From: Ginglymostoma cirratum
Lineage: Eukaryota
NCBI GenBank assembly: GCA_024137785.1
Contig: JAHRHZ010000087.1
Span: 17,984,258 to 18,048,257, forward strand
Direction: 5' to 3'
Length of the DNA stretch: 64,000 nt
The notes beneath the pieces were generated by a model. That model made no database searches, had not been told where the DNA came from, and saw only the letters and a list, made by a program, of their open reading frames with translations. Position 1 is the first letter of the stretch. Each line of letters begins with the position of its first letter. Below, piece after piece: positions 50,595 to 63,620 of this stretch. Position numbers and translations under genes: made by a program.

Positions 50595-51281
50595 TCAGAA
50601 GTCACACCGCACCAGGTTGTAGTCCAACAGGTTTATTTGAAGTCACAAGCTTTCAGAGTGTAGCCCCTTCGTCAGGTGAAGTGAGAGGGAAGCGCACAGA
50701 CACAGAATTTATAGGCACAGAGATCAAGGGCAGAGAGATCAAAAGATCACACAAATGGTGTGTGTGAATTGTCAAATAATAAGTCTCTGCAGGTGATCAA
50801 AAGTGTCAGATGGTATGAGTAAAGTGTCAACAGCTGAATAACAAGCAAAGGGATGACCTATTATCTCAATAAATGAGGCAGAGAGATAATTACAAAAAAT
50901 TAAAAATAAGGTGGTGCTGGAGAGAAACCACATGACTGGAATAATATGATAGGTATAAAAGTTGCATGCCGAGGGTCTATTCAAAGTAATAAGTAATCCA
51001 AAACTGTACAAACTAATTAAGGTAGAGCGCTCATAATAATTCATCAAGATGATGGTGTCAAAATAGGACAGTAAGGAAGATTTTACAGATAAAGCACAGT
51101 ATGGTGGGGTCACATGTAGCATGACACGAACCCAAAATCACAGTTGAGGCTGTCTTCATGGCTACAGAACTTGGCTATCAGTTTCTGCTCAGCAATTCTG
51201 CATTGTTGTGTATCTCGAAGGCTGCCTTGGAGGATGCTTACCTGAAGATCGGAGGGTGAATGTCATTCACCGCTGAAATGG
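50595..51281 (-). mobile_element. PLE family D (Neptune-like) 3' fragment: GIY-YIG C-terminus and pLTR
   Basis: Minus strand HFSGE*HSPSDLQVSILQG..RIAEQKLIAKF..HEDSLN.DFGF, followed by a 3' region with a hammerhead motif. Confidence 0.8.
50643..50679 (-). ncRNA. Minimal hammerhead ribozyme motif (PLE-D)
   Basis: Reverse complement tcac-CTGACGA-a-ggggctacactct-GAAAG-CTT-gtga. Stem I tcac/gtga, palindromic AGCT helix III, CUU triplet. Confidence 0.72.
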
Positions 51282-51561
51282 AACTACTCAAGGGGGTCTT
51301 GGAAGACCATCTACTGACTAGTCAATAAACAAGACCAATTCACCAACCATGCTGCACCTACTGAGGTAGCACAATGTAGGAGCACTAGGTAAAACTAATG
51401 GAAGACAGGCATGAAGGATTTTGCAGCGCGGTGATCAGTTGACATTTGCGTGTAATTTATTAGTAGGTACAATTTGGAATGGTTATTTTGTGCCAATGTT
51501 TACTTTTGCTTTGTGACAGGTGGATGCTGTAATGGTCATTAACAGAGGGAAGGTAATAAAT

Positions 51562-51975
51562 AAGAACCAAACCACGGCATGCTGGAGAGATTCAGCAAGT
51601 CTGGCAGTAGCTGTGGAGAGAGAAACAGAGTTAACATTTCAAGTCTGGTATGGCTCTTCCTCAGAACTGTGAATAAGAATGTTTGTAAATAAAAAGCAAA
51701 GTTTATACTTAATGGTATGGCATTTGGATTATTTCTCCTTTTCACACTTTCATTTACACCCATTTTGAATCTCTATCAATCTTTCACTGCAATTATCAAC
51801 CCTTATGTCTTTTAGTCTGGACACTTTCACCATCTGTTCCACCTGCTCCTCCTTCCTCTCTACAACAGCATAGAAACCACAATTTTCCAACTAGTTTGAA
51901 GAGTTATGTCAGACTCAAAATATTAAACGGATTCTGCCAGACCTGCTGTATCTCTCCTACACTTTGGTATTTCTT
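51562..51975. mobile_element. Older PLE-C-related inverted pLTR pair with degenerate hammerhead motifs
   Basis: Minus arm 51562-51667 (reverse complement gttCTGAGGAagagccataccagacttGAAATGTTaac) and plus arm ~51890-51975. Confidence 0.6.
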
Positions 51976-52029
51976 TCACCACACTCTCTCAGACCCTGTT
52001 TGTCTTTTAAGGCAAACAGAAATTCCATG

Positions 52030-52138
52030 GGAAGACCTTGGGAACGCTCATGGATCTGGGTGGGATGCTCTTAGGAGGCTTGGTGCAGACCCAATGGGCT
52101 GAATAGCCTCTTCTGCACTGCAGGGATTCTATGATTCT
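52030..52138 (+). mobile_element. HE1 SINE 3' fragment
   Basis: gggtgggatgctctt..atgggctgaatagcc..gggattctatgattcta. Confidence 0.7.
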
Positions 52139-54627
52139 ACGAGTTTTCCCACTTTGCAGCCTTTGGCAGGTTATCAGTTGTGATGGCCTCTTAACATGGT
52201 GTTCAACATTTTGGGCCTCCTGGCTGACAGGATAGGGTAATGGCAGTCGTGAAGAGGCCGGGACAAGAGTGACAGTTTTGGCATTCAGATGTTGCTGCCC
52301 TGTGATGGTCGTGGGAGTGCATGGGATTTCAGGCATGATTTTCTAATATATTGAATATGTTCCTTCATTCAGTCATGAAAAATACACGTAAGAGACACTG
52401 GAGAGCGCTTAGTAGCTGTGAAACCACACTCCAGCAAGGAACCAGTATTACAGGAAATAATTAGAGTGGGGAGAAAATAATAATGGAAAACAAAGACACA
52501 TATGCAATTAAACCAATTCCATAGACATTAAAGCCTCTAGAATCCACTTGTAGTGGACATGAACAGTAAAGTTTTCAAATGTGTCAAAAGTAATTCATGC
52601 TTTGTTGGGTATTGTGGACAGGAATGTCAGTTGATTTGCAAATTTCTTTGATTAAATTATCTGTAATTGCAGGAAATGAAAATGAATTAGCTCTGCCTTG
52701 TCTCTATCAGGTATCATTTTTCTCCCTATGGTGTTAATCAAACGATGCATGTTTATCTTTTAGAGATTTTCATCTGCATCTGTAAGCAGTATTTTGTGGT
52801 TTGTCAGCTTATGGTTTGACAATATGTATCTGACAATGCAAGTCAAGATGAGGATAAAAAACTGACAAACAGCTACGTGAGTGCACTTTTAAAGATTTTG
52901 AAAATCCAAAGCCTACAAACAGAACATCTGGTTATTTATTTATGTTTTTTTGTGGGACGTGCTCTGTGCAATTGCAAATTGTGTTTACTTAACAATTGCA
53001 AAATTTCAAAAGTGGGGAAGTAACTGAGAATTGAAGGTGCTTATACAAATGTCTGTCTTTTCTCTTTTAGCCATGAAGACAACCATTACAATTTTTTCCA
53101 TAGCTACAGCAAGTACAGGCTAATCCAGATAAAATCAAGGAAGATTGCAGGACTCCACTAAACAGGCTTACTTTCAACTGTGCCTGAAAAATAATGTAGT
53201 GAAATGATAGGAAAGTTTGATGAGGCATTCTGAGTTAATAACATATATACTATGAGAATCCTCTCCGATTGGCAGATTGCTGACAAAGATAGCATTTCTA
53301 TTCATGTTGAGTTGATAAACTGCTTCAATCCAGCTATTTGTTCACAGAAGCCGCCAGGATAATTGCATTGCTGTTGAAAGAAGGTTCAAAAGGTCATTGC
53401 ACGATAATATCCCAGAGATGTGGAGTAATGCGAGGCAGTTATTCATCAGCATTCTATTGTTTAACTACTTTTCCACATATGAGAGCCCATTTATATATGA
53501 AAATGAATTTTGAAGAAAATTGCCACTTAATGAGGCATTTTTTGGCCATAGATAAAAGCATGAGACCAGAATAGAAATGTTAGCTAATGCTTTCATTTTA
53601 CCTGGTTATTGGTGCAGGTTCTGACTTACGATCTGGCTATGCACGTTGGGTGCTTTATCTTCTCCTGAAATGTGGAATGTCTACACGTACACTAGGGACC
53701 ACACTTCAAAGGTACCTAACTGTTTCTGAGATTCTTTGGACATCTCAAGATGATGAAAGTTGTTGCATTATTTTATGTTGTCTCTTTCTTTGTTCTTATG
53801 TCTGTTTATAAAATTTGGAAAAGTGGTGCTATTTCTTTCACAGGATTAATGAACAAGTGTTTCAACCAGCTCTACACCTTATTATCTGTACTGAACAAAT
53901 GTGCTACCTTTGACAACTAGTCCTCTTTCAGAAAGCTTCTCAGGCACCTGAAGAGTTTCATTTATAATGATTAAAATATTCAAACCTCACAATGTCATTG
54001 CATGTAAAGATTTATGTCAATATTCAAAGTGAACTAATCCATCACCAAATCTTTATTGTGGACTAGCCCAAAAGAAGCAAAGTCATTTAAAATCCCCACC
54101 AGGGCCCAGCCAAAAATCACCTAACTGCATTTGCAAGGTGGAACATATTTTGAATTGGAAATTTCAAAAGGAATCCCATTTCATATCTGAATATAAATTC
54201 CATAATAGTTTAGTGTTTGATAAGAAGTACTAATGTTATTTTTATGCACACTTAGCATTGAATTGCTGTAAACATGGTCTTTTTCCGTTTTCTACAAGGA
54301 ATTGAGATTTTTTCTGGCATTTAATCTTAAGATCTATGAGAACCTCAGGTACAAGTCCAAGTTCATTGGTGAAGACACCCAATTTAAAAATCTAAATGAT
54401 CCTATCTCCACAAGAGCCAAAGGAACGGTCGAGGTTCTGCATATACTACTTGCCCTTGAAGAAGCTCTGTGGAAATTCTAACCTCAAATGATTATAAGGT
54501 TTCTGTTTTTATAAAATTACAGCCAAAAGTAAATATCTCTACAGATTCTATTCTGAGCTATTGCGCATAAACATCATAGTTACCTCCTTAAGTACAGATC
54601 ATGCTTAATGGAATTAAAATATTAATA

Positions 54628-54727
54628 CAAAAACAGAAGTTGCTGGAAGCTCAGCAGGTCTGGCAGCAATCTGTGAAGAAAAGATATCAGAGTTAATGTT
54701 TCGGGTCCGGTGACCCTTCCTCAGAAT
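54628..54727 (-). mobile_element. 100-bp PLE-C hammerhead mini-element with probable 10-bp TSD (1 mismatch)
   Basis: Nearly the same boundaries as 34495-34590. Flanks aatattaata (54618-54627) and aatatcaata (54728-54737). Reverse complement CTGAGGAagggtcaccggacccGAAACATTaac. Confidence 0.8.
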
Positions 54728-56341
54728 AATATCAATATTCCTTTCCTCTCTTCTGCAATGGTTGTACTTTGTGCTTTATAAAAATGTTTGCTAACAGAAT
54801 TATTTTGTTAAAATTGCATCGAAGGAAATAAGCTGTGTGAGCCCAGAATTGTATTATCTGCTTCTAAATGATGTTGAAATATTGTGGGACCTTAGTACTG
54901 TAACTCATTAAAACAAATGCTTCTTCAAGGGGCAAAGGAGAAGGATTTGGCATCCAGTACAAAGAAAACGTGGTCTCCAACACAGGATCTATGGGTAGGG
55001 GATCAGCTCACTCGAAAGTGAGAAGCACCAGAACCTCAAGAAGTACAGGGTCTCACGGTAGATCACTACTGACATCTGCAGCCTCCTGCAGCAAGAACTA
55101 CTCCCTGTGGAACAGCTAGTTATCCATTGCCAGTGGCCTCTGAGATGCTCGTAATTGGAGACCAATCTCCCAGGACTCTGGCCTCTCTCTAGTACATAGT
55201 GGTCTCTTTTTCCTTCAAGAAGGAAATTAGAGAGATGTGATTATTAGAAATGGCCTGTGTGGAAAGGAAGGAAGGACACCACTGTGAAGGTGACATTGAA
55301 GCAAAAGTGTAAATGAGCAAATAGCATGAGGGACAGCACTTGTTCAAATTGATTGTTGATTGTTCAAATAAGGATGGGAGGTGTCTCAAGAGACAGCATT
55401 AAGTTGAATTGCAAGTTGTGTTATTCTGACGAGCGCTGCACAGGAGAATGGTGGAAGAGTTAGAGTGTGAGGATTGCCCATTGAAAGTGTTGCTTCATTC
55501 ATCTTTCCCAACCTCCTGCAATCCTTGATCCTAGTGATGTGCTGTCACCAGGTTGTGAGAGAGGAAGGTGGGGAGACATCTGCTGACTTCATCAGCCACT
55601 TCCATCAGTGCTTTAATTTGGAGATTTTATTCCATTCCTCCAATTCTTGGGAAAGATTGACTCACTCCAGGCCCTCAGACCTCACAGCAGGATCTTAGGA
55701 AGCCCTCCCCGGTCTCTTCTTCATTACTATGGCTGCAGGAGCCTCAAAGAACCATGTATAGGTCGGCTGTTCTAACAAAGCCGAGATCATTAAAAATCCT
55801 CCTCTGACAAATCCAGTCTGTCGTTGCCCCAACCACCACCACTACCACCATAGCTTTGCTTACACATTTCTTGAATGGACAGGGATCTCCAAGGTGGGAT
55901 GCTACTGCTGTGGTCATTTAAGGAGCCTCAGTAAAGCCCGCAGGAGATTCTAACAGTTTCTCAACTCAGTAAAGTCCTCACTATTTAGTCAGGAATTATC
56001 AGTTGAAAATTCCGACTAGAGAGATGGAAACAAAGATCAATTTCAAGTGAGAGAATAAAGAAACAATATGAGAGTAAGAATCTATTTGAAAAAAATAATG
56101 CGTACAAAAATGAAACTCCAGAGTTTCAATTTGTTACTTTTTGATTTGAGCATTTTAAGTTGCATTGTAGGAGCTGCATTGCAGGGAGCTGAAGGGCAAT
56201 TTATTGTTTTTGTGAGATAAATGGGAAGCAAGGTAAATCGTCCAAAAGTTGTGGTGATATATAATTTAAGACAAAGCTCTTACTCTGTGCAAGTTGCTGG
56301 ACAATTTTCACAATAAGAATAATGAGCACCAGGACACTCAC

Positions 56342-56407
56342 CATTGTTTTGCCAAAATGTTTGTACAGTATCTCTGATCTCTTCGCTATTGATTCACAAT
56401 TGTCTTT
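56342..56407 (-). CDS. Candidate host exon (66 bp), peptide KDNCESIAKRSEILYKHFGKTM; gene unidentified
   Basis: Minus strand cttcattatcag|AAAGAC...ACAATG|gtgagt. Only phase 0 is open and the length is a multiple of 3. Confidence 0.25.
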
Positions 56408-57239
56408 CTGATAATGAAGTTTTTGGTACATGGCAAATTGACAACTTAGCAAATTAGTCACATTAAACTGCAAATTTGACAAAGGTACAGATGTTAAGAT
56501 AAAATGGCATCTGGCAATGTTGGCTATGGAAAGATAACTGCAGTTATGTCAGTGACCCAGAAGGAATTTTGGAATTAAATGTACGTTTCCTCCAAATGTG
56601 AATGGTCATTAAAAAAACACACAGAATTAAACTGGTAATAAAAACGGTAATAGATGTTGCTTTCATATTGCCATGATTTTGGTTTTGCACTGTCTAAAAG
56701 AGAGATGGGAAAAGAATACATGCTTTAAAATCTTGATAAGTTTTCGGAAGATTACAACGTTTTGCATGGGAAAGAATAAAAAAAACTATACTGAATTTCC
56801 ATTCAGAATGGGCTTATTTACACAAAGGAAGAACAAGGCCAGCTCTATTAGCACGATTATTTAGAATGTGCTAAAATCTTAGCTATCATTCACACTTTCT
56901 GTGCTTAGATTATGTATACTTCTCTGTCAGTCCTTTCAAAATGGGATAGTGTTATGATCCCTGCTGATGTTAATACTGAACTGAAATCTGGTCAGCTAAA
57001 TCCATTTTGTTTTGCTTTTAATGAGGTGGTCTTTCACTGAAACACAAGAACACAATGCTGCAGATCTTGTTTTAACAATGAAAGGGAAGGTTTTGTGTAC
57101 AAAATATAAATAAAACATAATAAGCCAAACCATTTACATATCACACATGTTTAAAAATGTGTAAAATATAATCCAATTAATCCAAAAAGATACTTTACAG
57201 TACTCACACCAGAGAAAACGCCCCTTCCTTTTGACTTCT

Positions 57240-57805
57240 ATTGAGTACAAGAGTCAGGATTTCATGTTGCAGCTTTATTAGACTTTGGTTAGGCCACAGT
57301 TAGAATATTGTGTTCAATTCTGGTCACCACTTTGCAGGAAAGATGTGGAGGCTTTGGAGAGGGTGCAGAAGAGGATTACCAGGATGCAGCCTGGATTAAA
57401 GGGTTTGAGCTATAAGGACAGGCTAGAAAAACACGGGTTGTTTTCCGTGGAGTGGCGAAAGCTGAGGGGAGACTCGCTAGAAATCCATAAAATTATGAGA
57501 TGTATAGATAGAGTTGATGGTCAGAATCTTTTTCCCAGAGTTGAAATGTCTAATACTAGGAGGCATGCATTTAAGGTGAGAGGAGGAAAGTTCAAAGGAG
57601 GCTCAAGGGGCAAGTTTTTTACACAGAAAGTGGTAGGAATCTGGAACACATTGATAAGGTGGTGGAGGCTAATACGAAGGGGGCATTTAAGGGACTTTTA
57701 GATAAGCACATGAACATGCAGGGAATGGAGGGATATGGACCAAGGGCAGGCAGAAGGGATTAGTTTAATTTGGCATCATATTCAACACAACATCGTGGGC
57801 TGAAT
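57240..57805 (+). mobile_element. CR1 3' fragment
   Basis: ORF 57285-57701 VRPQLEYCVQFWSP..KDVEALERVQKR..FFTQKVVGIWN. Confidence 0.92.
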
Positions 57806-58934
57806 TGCAGACAGGGGAATCTGATAGCCTCCTGTTAGAACCTTTGTGCTAATGTGCTTATATTTTCTCAGTTCCAAATAAATCTTCAGGGTTTTAACGA
57901 AACACTTCTGGCTTAGAACTTTCAAACCAAGCACTCACACTGAGGTAACCTATTTTTTGAAGTCTTAAATCATCTCCTTTAATCAGAGGCAACTATTTTA
58001 CATGTCCCTCTTTAGCCAAGACTCTTATAATATTACCAAATAAAGCCCAAAAATGCTTTTTTCAAGTTTTGGTTTTCTCCTAATCAAAAGAAAAAGAATC
58101 TTCTAAACTGATTGCTCAGACCTTTGAGTATAGGAGTTGGGACATCATGCTTTCTGCCCATATTTACCTTTGTCCTGTAATGTTCCTACAAAATATCTGC
58201 AGGAAATTATCCTACTCTCCCAGACAACAATCAGTCTTCAACCAACACAACTAGAAAACATTACGGCACTGATTTTAATCTCAAAACATTCCATTTGTAC
58301 AGACAATTTCAAGTTTTAAGTGTGCATTTTCCCTACTGGCTTGTAGACCCCGTCACCTGACTCAAACGTGTGTTAGAAGTTTGTATTATTTTGGAAACAG
58401 TCATTCAATATGAATTTTCACATAATGGCCATTGCATGGTGGGTGGGCTTGTGATTGTGGAAGGCTAATCACAGCCCTTCTAGTTTGAAAGCAGCATCAG
58501 AATGTTACCTAAGTTAAAGGGAAAAGAACTTAAAAATGGAAGTTTATAAGTTTTAAATTAATGGTGGCCTTTATAGCCAAGCATTAAGGTCCCCATCTGA
58601 AAATCCCACAGTGAACTCTGCATCTGCTCATGAAGTTGTCTATGGATTCTATATGCTGCTGTCTAAATGACATGAATTCTATTTACTGAATACAGAAGTT
58701 TAGATTTTTTGATCACCAGATCAGGCATGCTATGAAGCACCTCTAAATCAGGTCGGCCTTGAACCAGGCCATCTGGCCCAGAGGTAGGGACACTACCACT
58801 GTACCATAACAGTCTAATAATCTGTCTCTGAATTAGTTACTGATGTGGTCCATATTTTTTGGAGCTCTCTTAGATCTTTAGCTATTGATCCTGTGGTCAA
58901 CTGGTCTATAAGGCTAAGGGATGTGGAATTATCA

Positions 58935-59405
58935 TTTCCCTAGCTACCTTCTTGCTCCTTATACATGCATAAAAAGCCTTGTGATTTTCTTTAATTCTAT
59001 TTGCCAAGGTCATTTCATAGTACCCCTGAGTCCTCCTAACTCCTTGTTTAAGTTCTTTCTGCTTTCTTTATATTCTTCAAAGTCTCTCTCTGTCTTCTGT
59101 TCCCTAAATTTTATGTATGCTTCCTTTCCCTTCCTGACTAAACACACAATTTCACTTGTCATCCAAAGTTCCAGAATCTTGCCATCCTTATCCCTCACTT
59201 TCACCAAAAAATGCTGATCCTGAAGTCTAATCGGTCGGCCTATGTGACAGATATCAATGCACCCTCAAACAGCTGCCCCCGTTTCTACATTCCGCAGTTC
59301 CTGTCTAATATTGTCGTAGTTAGCCTTCCCCCAATTTAGTATATTAATCCAAAGACTACTCTTATCTTTCTGCATAAGTGGCTTAAAACTTAGTGAATTA
59401 TGGTT
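58935..59405 (-). mobile_element. CR1 ORF2 internal fragment
   Basis: ORF 59010-59207 KDGKILELWMTSEI..LVRKGKEAY is homologous to 15275-15520. Confidence 0.75.
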
Positions 59406-59439
59406 ACACTATAATATAATTTAACATTCAGACGGAAGA

Positions 59440-59822
59440 ACAGAAAAGTAGATCCAACAGAAAAGTAGATTTTAAACTTACCCAAAGACATTTGTGCGGG
59501 CATGAAAGCAGAAGCAGCTGTGGTAAACTGGCCAACAAGATTAAGGGATGTATGAGCAGAAATACAATGGTAGACATTTAAGGAGATATTTCAGAATACA
59601 CAGAATTGTTACATTTTGACAAGAAACAAAAAATCCAAGGGGAAGCCTTACCTTCCATTATTTAACTGAAGATTACATAAGATTACATCATATTTGAAGA
59701 GAAAGCATGCAATTCAGCAATGATTGTGGTACGTCAGAAGACTGGACAGAATATAAAAGGTGGCAAAGAATAAGAAAAAGATTAATAAAGGTGGAGAAAT
59801 TAGAGTATGAGAGAAAACTATT
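59440..59822 (+). mobile_element. Diverged CR1 ORF2 internal fragment
   Basis: EDWTEYKRWQR..KRLIKVEKLEYERKL-like linker region. Confidence 0.6.
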
Positions 59823-62800
59823 CTAAAGACTATGTCTTTTTATATTTGTGCTTTTCAAATGAGGCCTGAAATGAGAAAAGAACTGTTTTAACAGTGAAGA
59901 ATTGTGGCATGTGTTGAAAGCAAGTCATTTGATATTCATTGTGAACACTGTGTAGCTATGGGTTACAACAGTGTTTGCAGATGAACTGGAGCCAAGGGGT
60001 TGTGTACAAATGGATCTTTGGCTGGCAACAAGAAACCTATTGGCTTGAGAACTGGTGACCAATTATGACAAAGATCTTCTGCCTGCCAGCCGCCAGATGT
60101 TTGGTTGTCAGGTAATTGAACAGCTCGAGGCTGGGAACAAGACACAGAGAATCCATCAGATCTCCACCAGCCAGGAGCACTCTCTCCATTTTCTACAGTG
60201 AGTCACTTCAAGCATGAAGAACAACAGTGTATCTTTCTTTGAGCAGTTGTTGCAAGCTGTGACTTTTAATTGACAAGTCAGTGAACATTTTATAAGTCCT
60301 TAGAATCCTTGGAAGTGTGCGTCAGAAGTAGATAGCTAGCGTAGATTTCAGACTGTTTACTTAGAGATTTAAGACAATTTACTGAAGACCCTTGTGGAGA
60401 GATTGATATAGGTTGAAAGAGTTTAATTAAAGTACAATGGTAGGATCTGATTAGTATTGTTTTTCCTTGATTAAATATTCAATAAAGTTGTGTTGTACCT
60501 TTCCCTGACTCCTGTCCCCTTTGTCTATCTCACCATGTAGTCTGTGTGCAAAAGGATTACTGCAAATTGGTCAAGGTTAGTCAGGGTATATTTACCCACA
60601 TCTCTCTTTACAACAACTCCTTGGATACATTTTCTAATTTGGGGTGCAAATTCCTCCAACGTCTAGTAGAAAAGATGCTCTTAAGTCTAATGACTTTTTA
60701 AAGGCCTTCCCTGAAATGACAACATGCTGGGGCAGCCCTAACAAAGTAAGATTGGATCTTCAAAACTTCAGGGAAGGATGCTCCACCCTTGAGAGCTGCC
60801 AGCTTATCTGAATAGTCATTAACAGGGTAGATCCAACAGGGTCAGAATGCAGTTGTGAGTGCTGCTGGGATTTCAAAGGATTTTGGTTGGGAGGAACCCA
60901 GATCTAGGGTTGGGGCAGTAAGGCATCAGGTTGGAGCAGCTATGGTGGGAACCACAAAGGAGAGATACTATCTTGGCAGGTGCTCCAGTTGGCGGAATGG
61001 GTTCCACCATGTTTTACCCTGAGCTGGTAAAGTATTGGGCATCTTCCTTTGCTCACCACATTATCTCAATGGAGCCAGGAGGAAGTCCATACATGGCTTT
61101 AAATTCGCAACTTAAGGGCGTCAATATACCTAAATATAGGCAGAAAGCTAATGCCTTACCCATCCATTGGAATATGTTGGGGGCGTGTGGGTGGGAAGGC
61201 AGTGGGATAGCCACTACTTTTATTTTATCTGCTTCCCTCCTTTAAATACACCATGAGTGAGTGTAATGTTCATTCCATACTTCCATTCCTCCCAGGCCCA
61301 ACTACTTTAATAATATTATTTCAAAACCTTCCCAACAGCACGTGACTTCCCCACTTCTCAGGTAGAATCTTCTACTGTCTCTGATGGTGAGCTTGGAGGC
61401 AGAAGGAGCACTCAATTAGGTGGATCAGTGGCATATTTGAACTCTGCCACTTCTTGTCTGCATTAGTATAAAGCTTGGGTGGAAAGGCCAATGGTTAGCC
61501 TTCCAAACTCACCACCAGTTGAAGCCTTTCTTATTATTTAGGGTAAATAATTAAGTAAGCACTGCTAGGTTTAACAGATTTCAGGTGGGTTTGTTGCCAT
61601 TCACCATGCATGGCAGCGAAAATCATGCAGTCAACTTGTTGCTCATACGAAGCGAAGGGTTGAGGAGACCCTCCATCAAAGACAGGGAGGGGCCTTTCAT
61701 CATAGGCACTTAGTATCTGACTGAAGAACAACACATTGCAAAAGGGGTTCTGCTGAGAGTCAAATCCCTGCACCTGACTCCCTGTGCCCCTACCCATGAA
61801 TCCCACTTATGGCCTAGGTTGCTCCATGATGCTGGGATCCTTGCACCTAACCTTCCAGAAGCAGCTATTGCCTCCCCAGTGGTGCTGCTGAGTATAAAAA
61901 CTGCCAGCTTCTGTTGCTGGTAGCTCTGAGTGGATGGGACCCCTGTGCTTGGTGACTTAATTCCAGGTGAAAGATGCGCTAGTGGCCCTGTCACTGCTTG
62001 ATTGGCTTCTAATTTGACAGGCTTTTCTGAAAGAAGCCACACTGGTCTCTCTCCCCAGTCCATCAGCTGACAGGCCTGACCCATGATGCCTCAACAAGTC
62101 TACACTACTGTACATTTCCCTAATCAGTGCAGCATCTTCTCATGCATCTAATGCTTTACAAAGACATTAAATGGAGTAGATAGATCACAAGGACATGGAT
62201 ACTCTTTCTACAGAACTATGAACATTACCAGAAGTATTTCAAATGATACTGTCAGGACTGCCAGAATACCATTCACTAAAAATACAATTTCATTTCCTCA
62301 GCAACATTAATATGCGATATTTCACATAATTTAAAGACCTGTTTAGCATGTGTAAAGGTATATGTAAGCATAGGCAATATTTAGAAGGGTGAATGCATTA
62401 CATCCCTCCTATTAAGAGTTTATATTTGCTGACAGCCACAATATGATTCAGCCCAGCTCCCAGGGCTGGTCTGCTCTGCCACAATTGCTCTCCTGCTGGC
62501 ATAATTGAGATTCCATTACTATTTGTGGAAATGTATTCATTTATTTCTCGGTGAGAGTATTCTTAGCAATGGGTGCCAGATGGTTGCTGGCACCCTAGGA
62601 ACTGTGTCTCTGAATGGATTGGCACTTCAAGAAGAGCAGGGAACAAACTGGGAGAGAGGAGCAGCTGCACTGCAATGTGTGCTAATATTGCAGAAGAGCT
62701 ACTTATATTCTACATTCATGTCATTTAACAGCATGACTAATGCCTTAACAATTTTAGGACAAAAAATTAAAACTTAAATGCTGCTCTTATTCTACGTAGT

Positions 62801-63234
62801 ATGCTCAGTGAATCTCGTTATTGTTTATGCTTTCATTTTATGATTTAGCATGAATCTTTGAACTGTAACTCAATATAAAAGATTGCTGATAAAACATCTG
62901 TTTAAGTTTAGGTATGTCAACACTCGTCTGTATGATTAAAATAACAACAAATTTAACAAATATGTTAAAGGGCAATTTTGACCAGAGAAGTAAGATCATA
63001 CTTAAATAATGATATTTCAAGCTGGAAGATCTGAGTATACCAATATATCTGTGCTCATTTAGAGGAAAGGAGAAAGCAATAAGTGGAAGAAACAGAATTT
63101 AGAACAGAACATGTTTTACGTTTTATGTATTAAAATTTGGATACGTTCTTTGCTGCGAACCTCAAGAAAAGAGCTGTCAATGAAAAAATTTGAAGCAATA
63201 CATACTTGAGAGAGATCTTACCTTACAAAAGCAA

Positions 63235-63620
63235 GTGATTTTTATTTAGCACGTTTAATATGATAAGGATGTACCAAAGCACTTTACAGGAGAATTTTAA
63301 AACAAAATATTATTTTGACCCACTTAAGCAAAGCAGAAGACTGACAGATTCATCAAAAAGCCAGGTTTTAAGGAACGTCTGAAAGGAAATCAGGGTAGAG
63401 ATGCAGAAAGCAAGATGGATCATTAGCAGTCTGGTGGAAATAGAGTTGAGGGCACAAAAGGTAGTCCATATGAGTAAGATGAACTTGGAAAGTGAGCAAC
63501 AAGAGATAGCAGAGAATCTGGAGAAGGATCTATGTTCAGCTCTCAGGCAGATAGAGACAAGAAGGGAGTTTGAGGAAGATTGGAACAATGATTGGTGGAA
63601 GGGAAGGATATAACTGAATT
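63235..63620 (-). mobile_element. L2-like LINE 3' fragment (related pieces at ~8200-8420 and ~43755-43960)
   Basis: tttatttagcacgttt..ccaaagcactttacagg..ggttttaaggaacgtctgaaagg resembles a reversed L2 3' end. Confidence 0.45.

Noticed and set aside
54299-54481. 60-codon open frame after a plus-strand acceptor-like site (ELRFFLAFNLKIYENLRY...)
   Set aside because: No recognisable homology and no supporting partner exon; compatible with chance.
56950-60540. Possible solo LTRs (tgttatgatcc.. at 56950; ~59950-60500)
   Set aside because: Could not define both termini or a TSD, and there is no second copy in the window.
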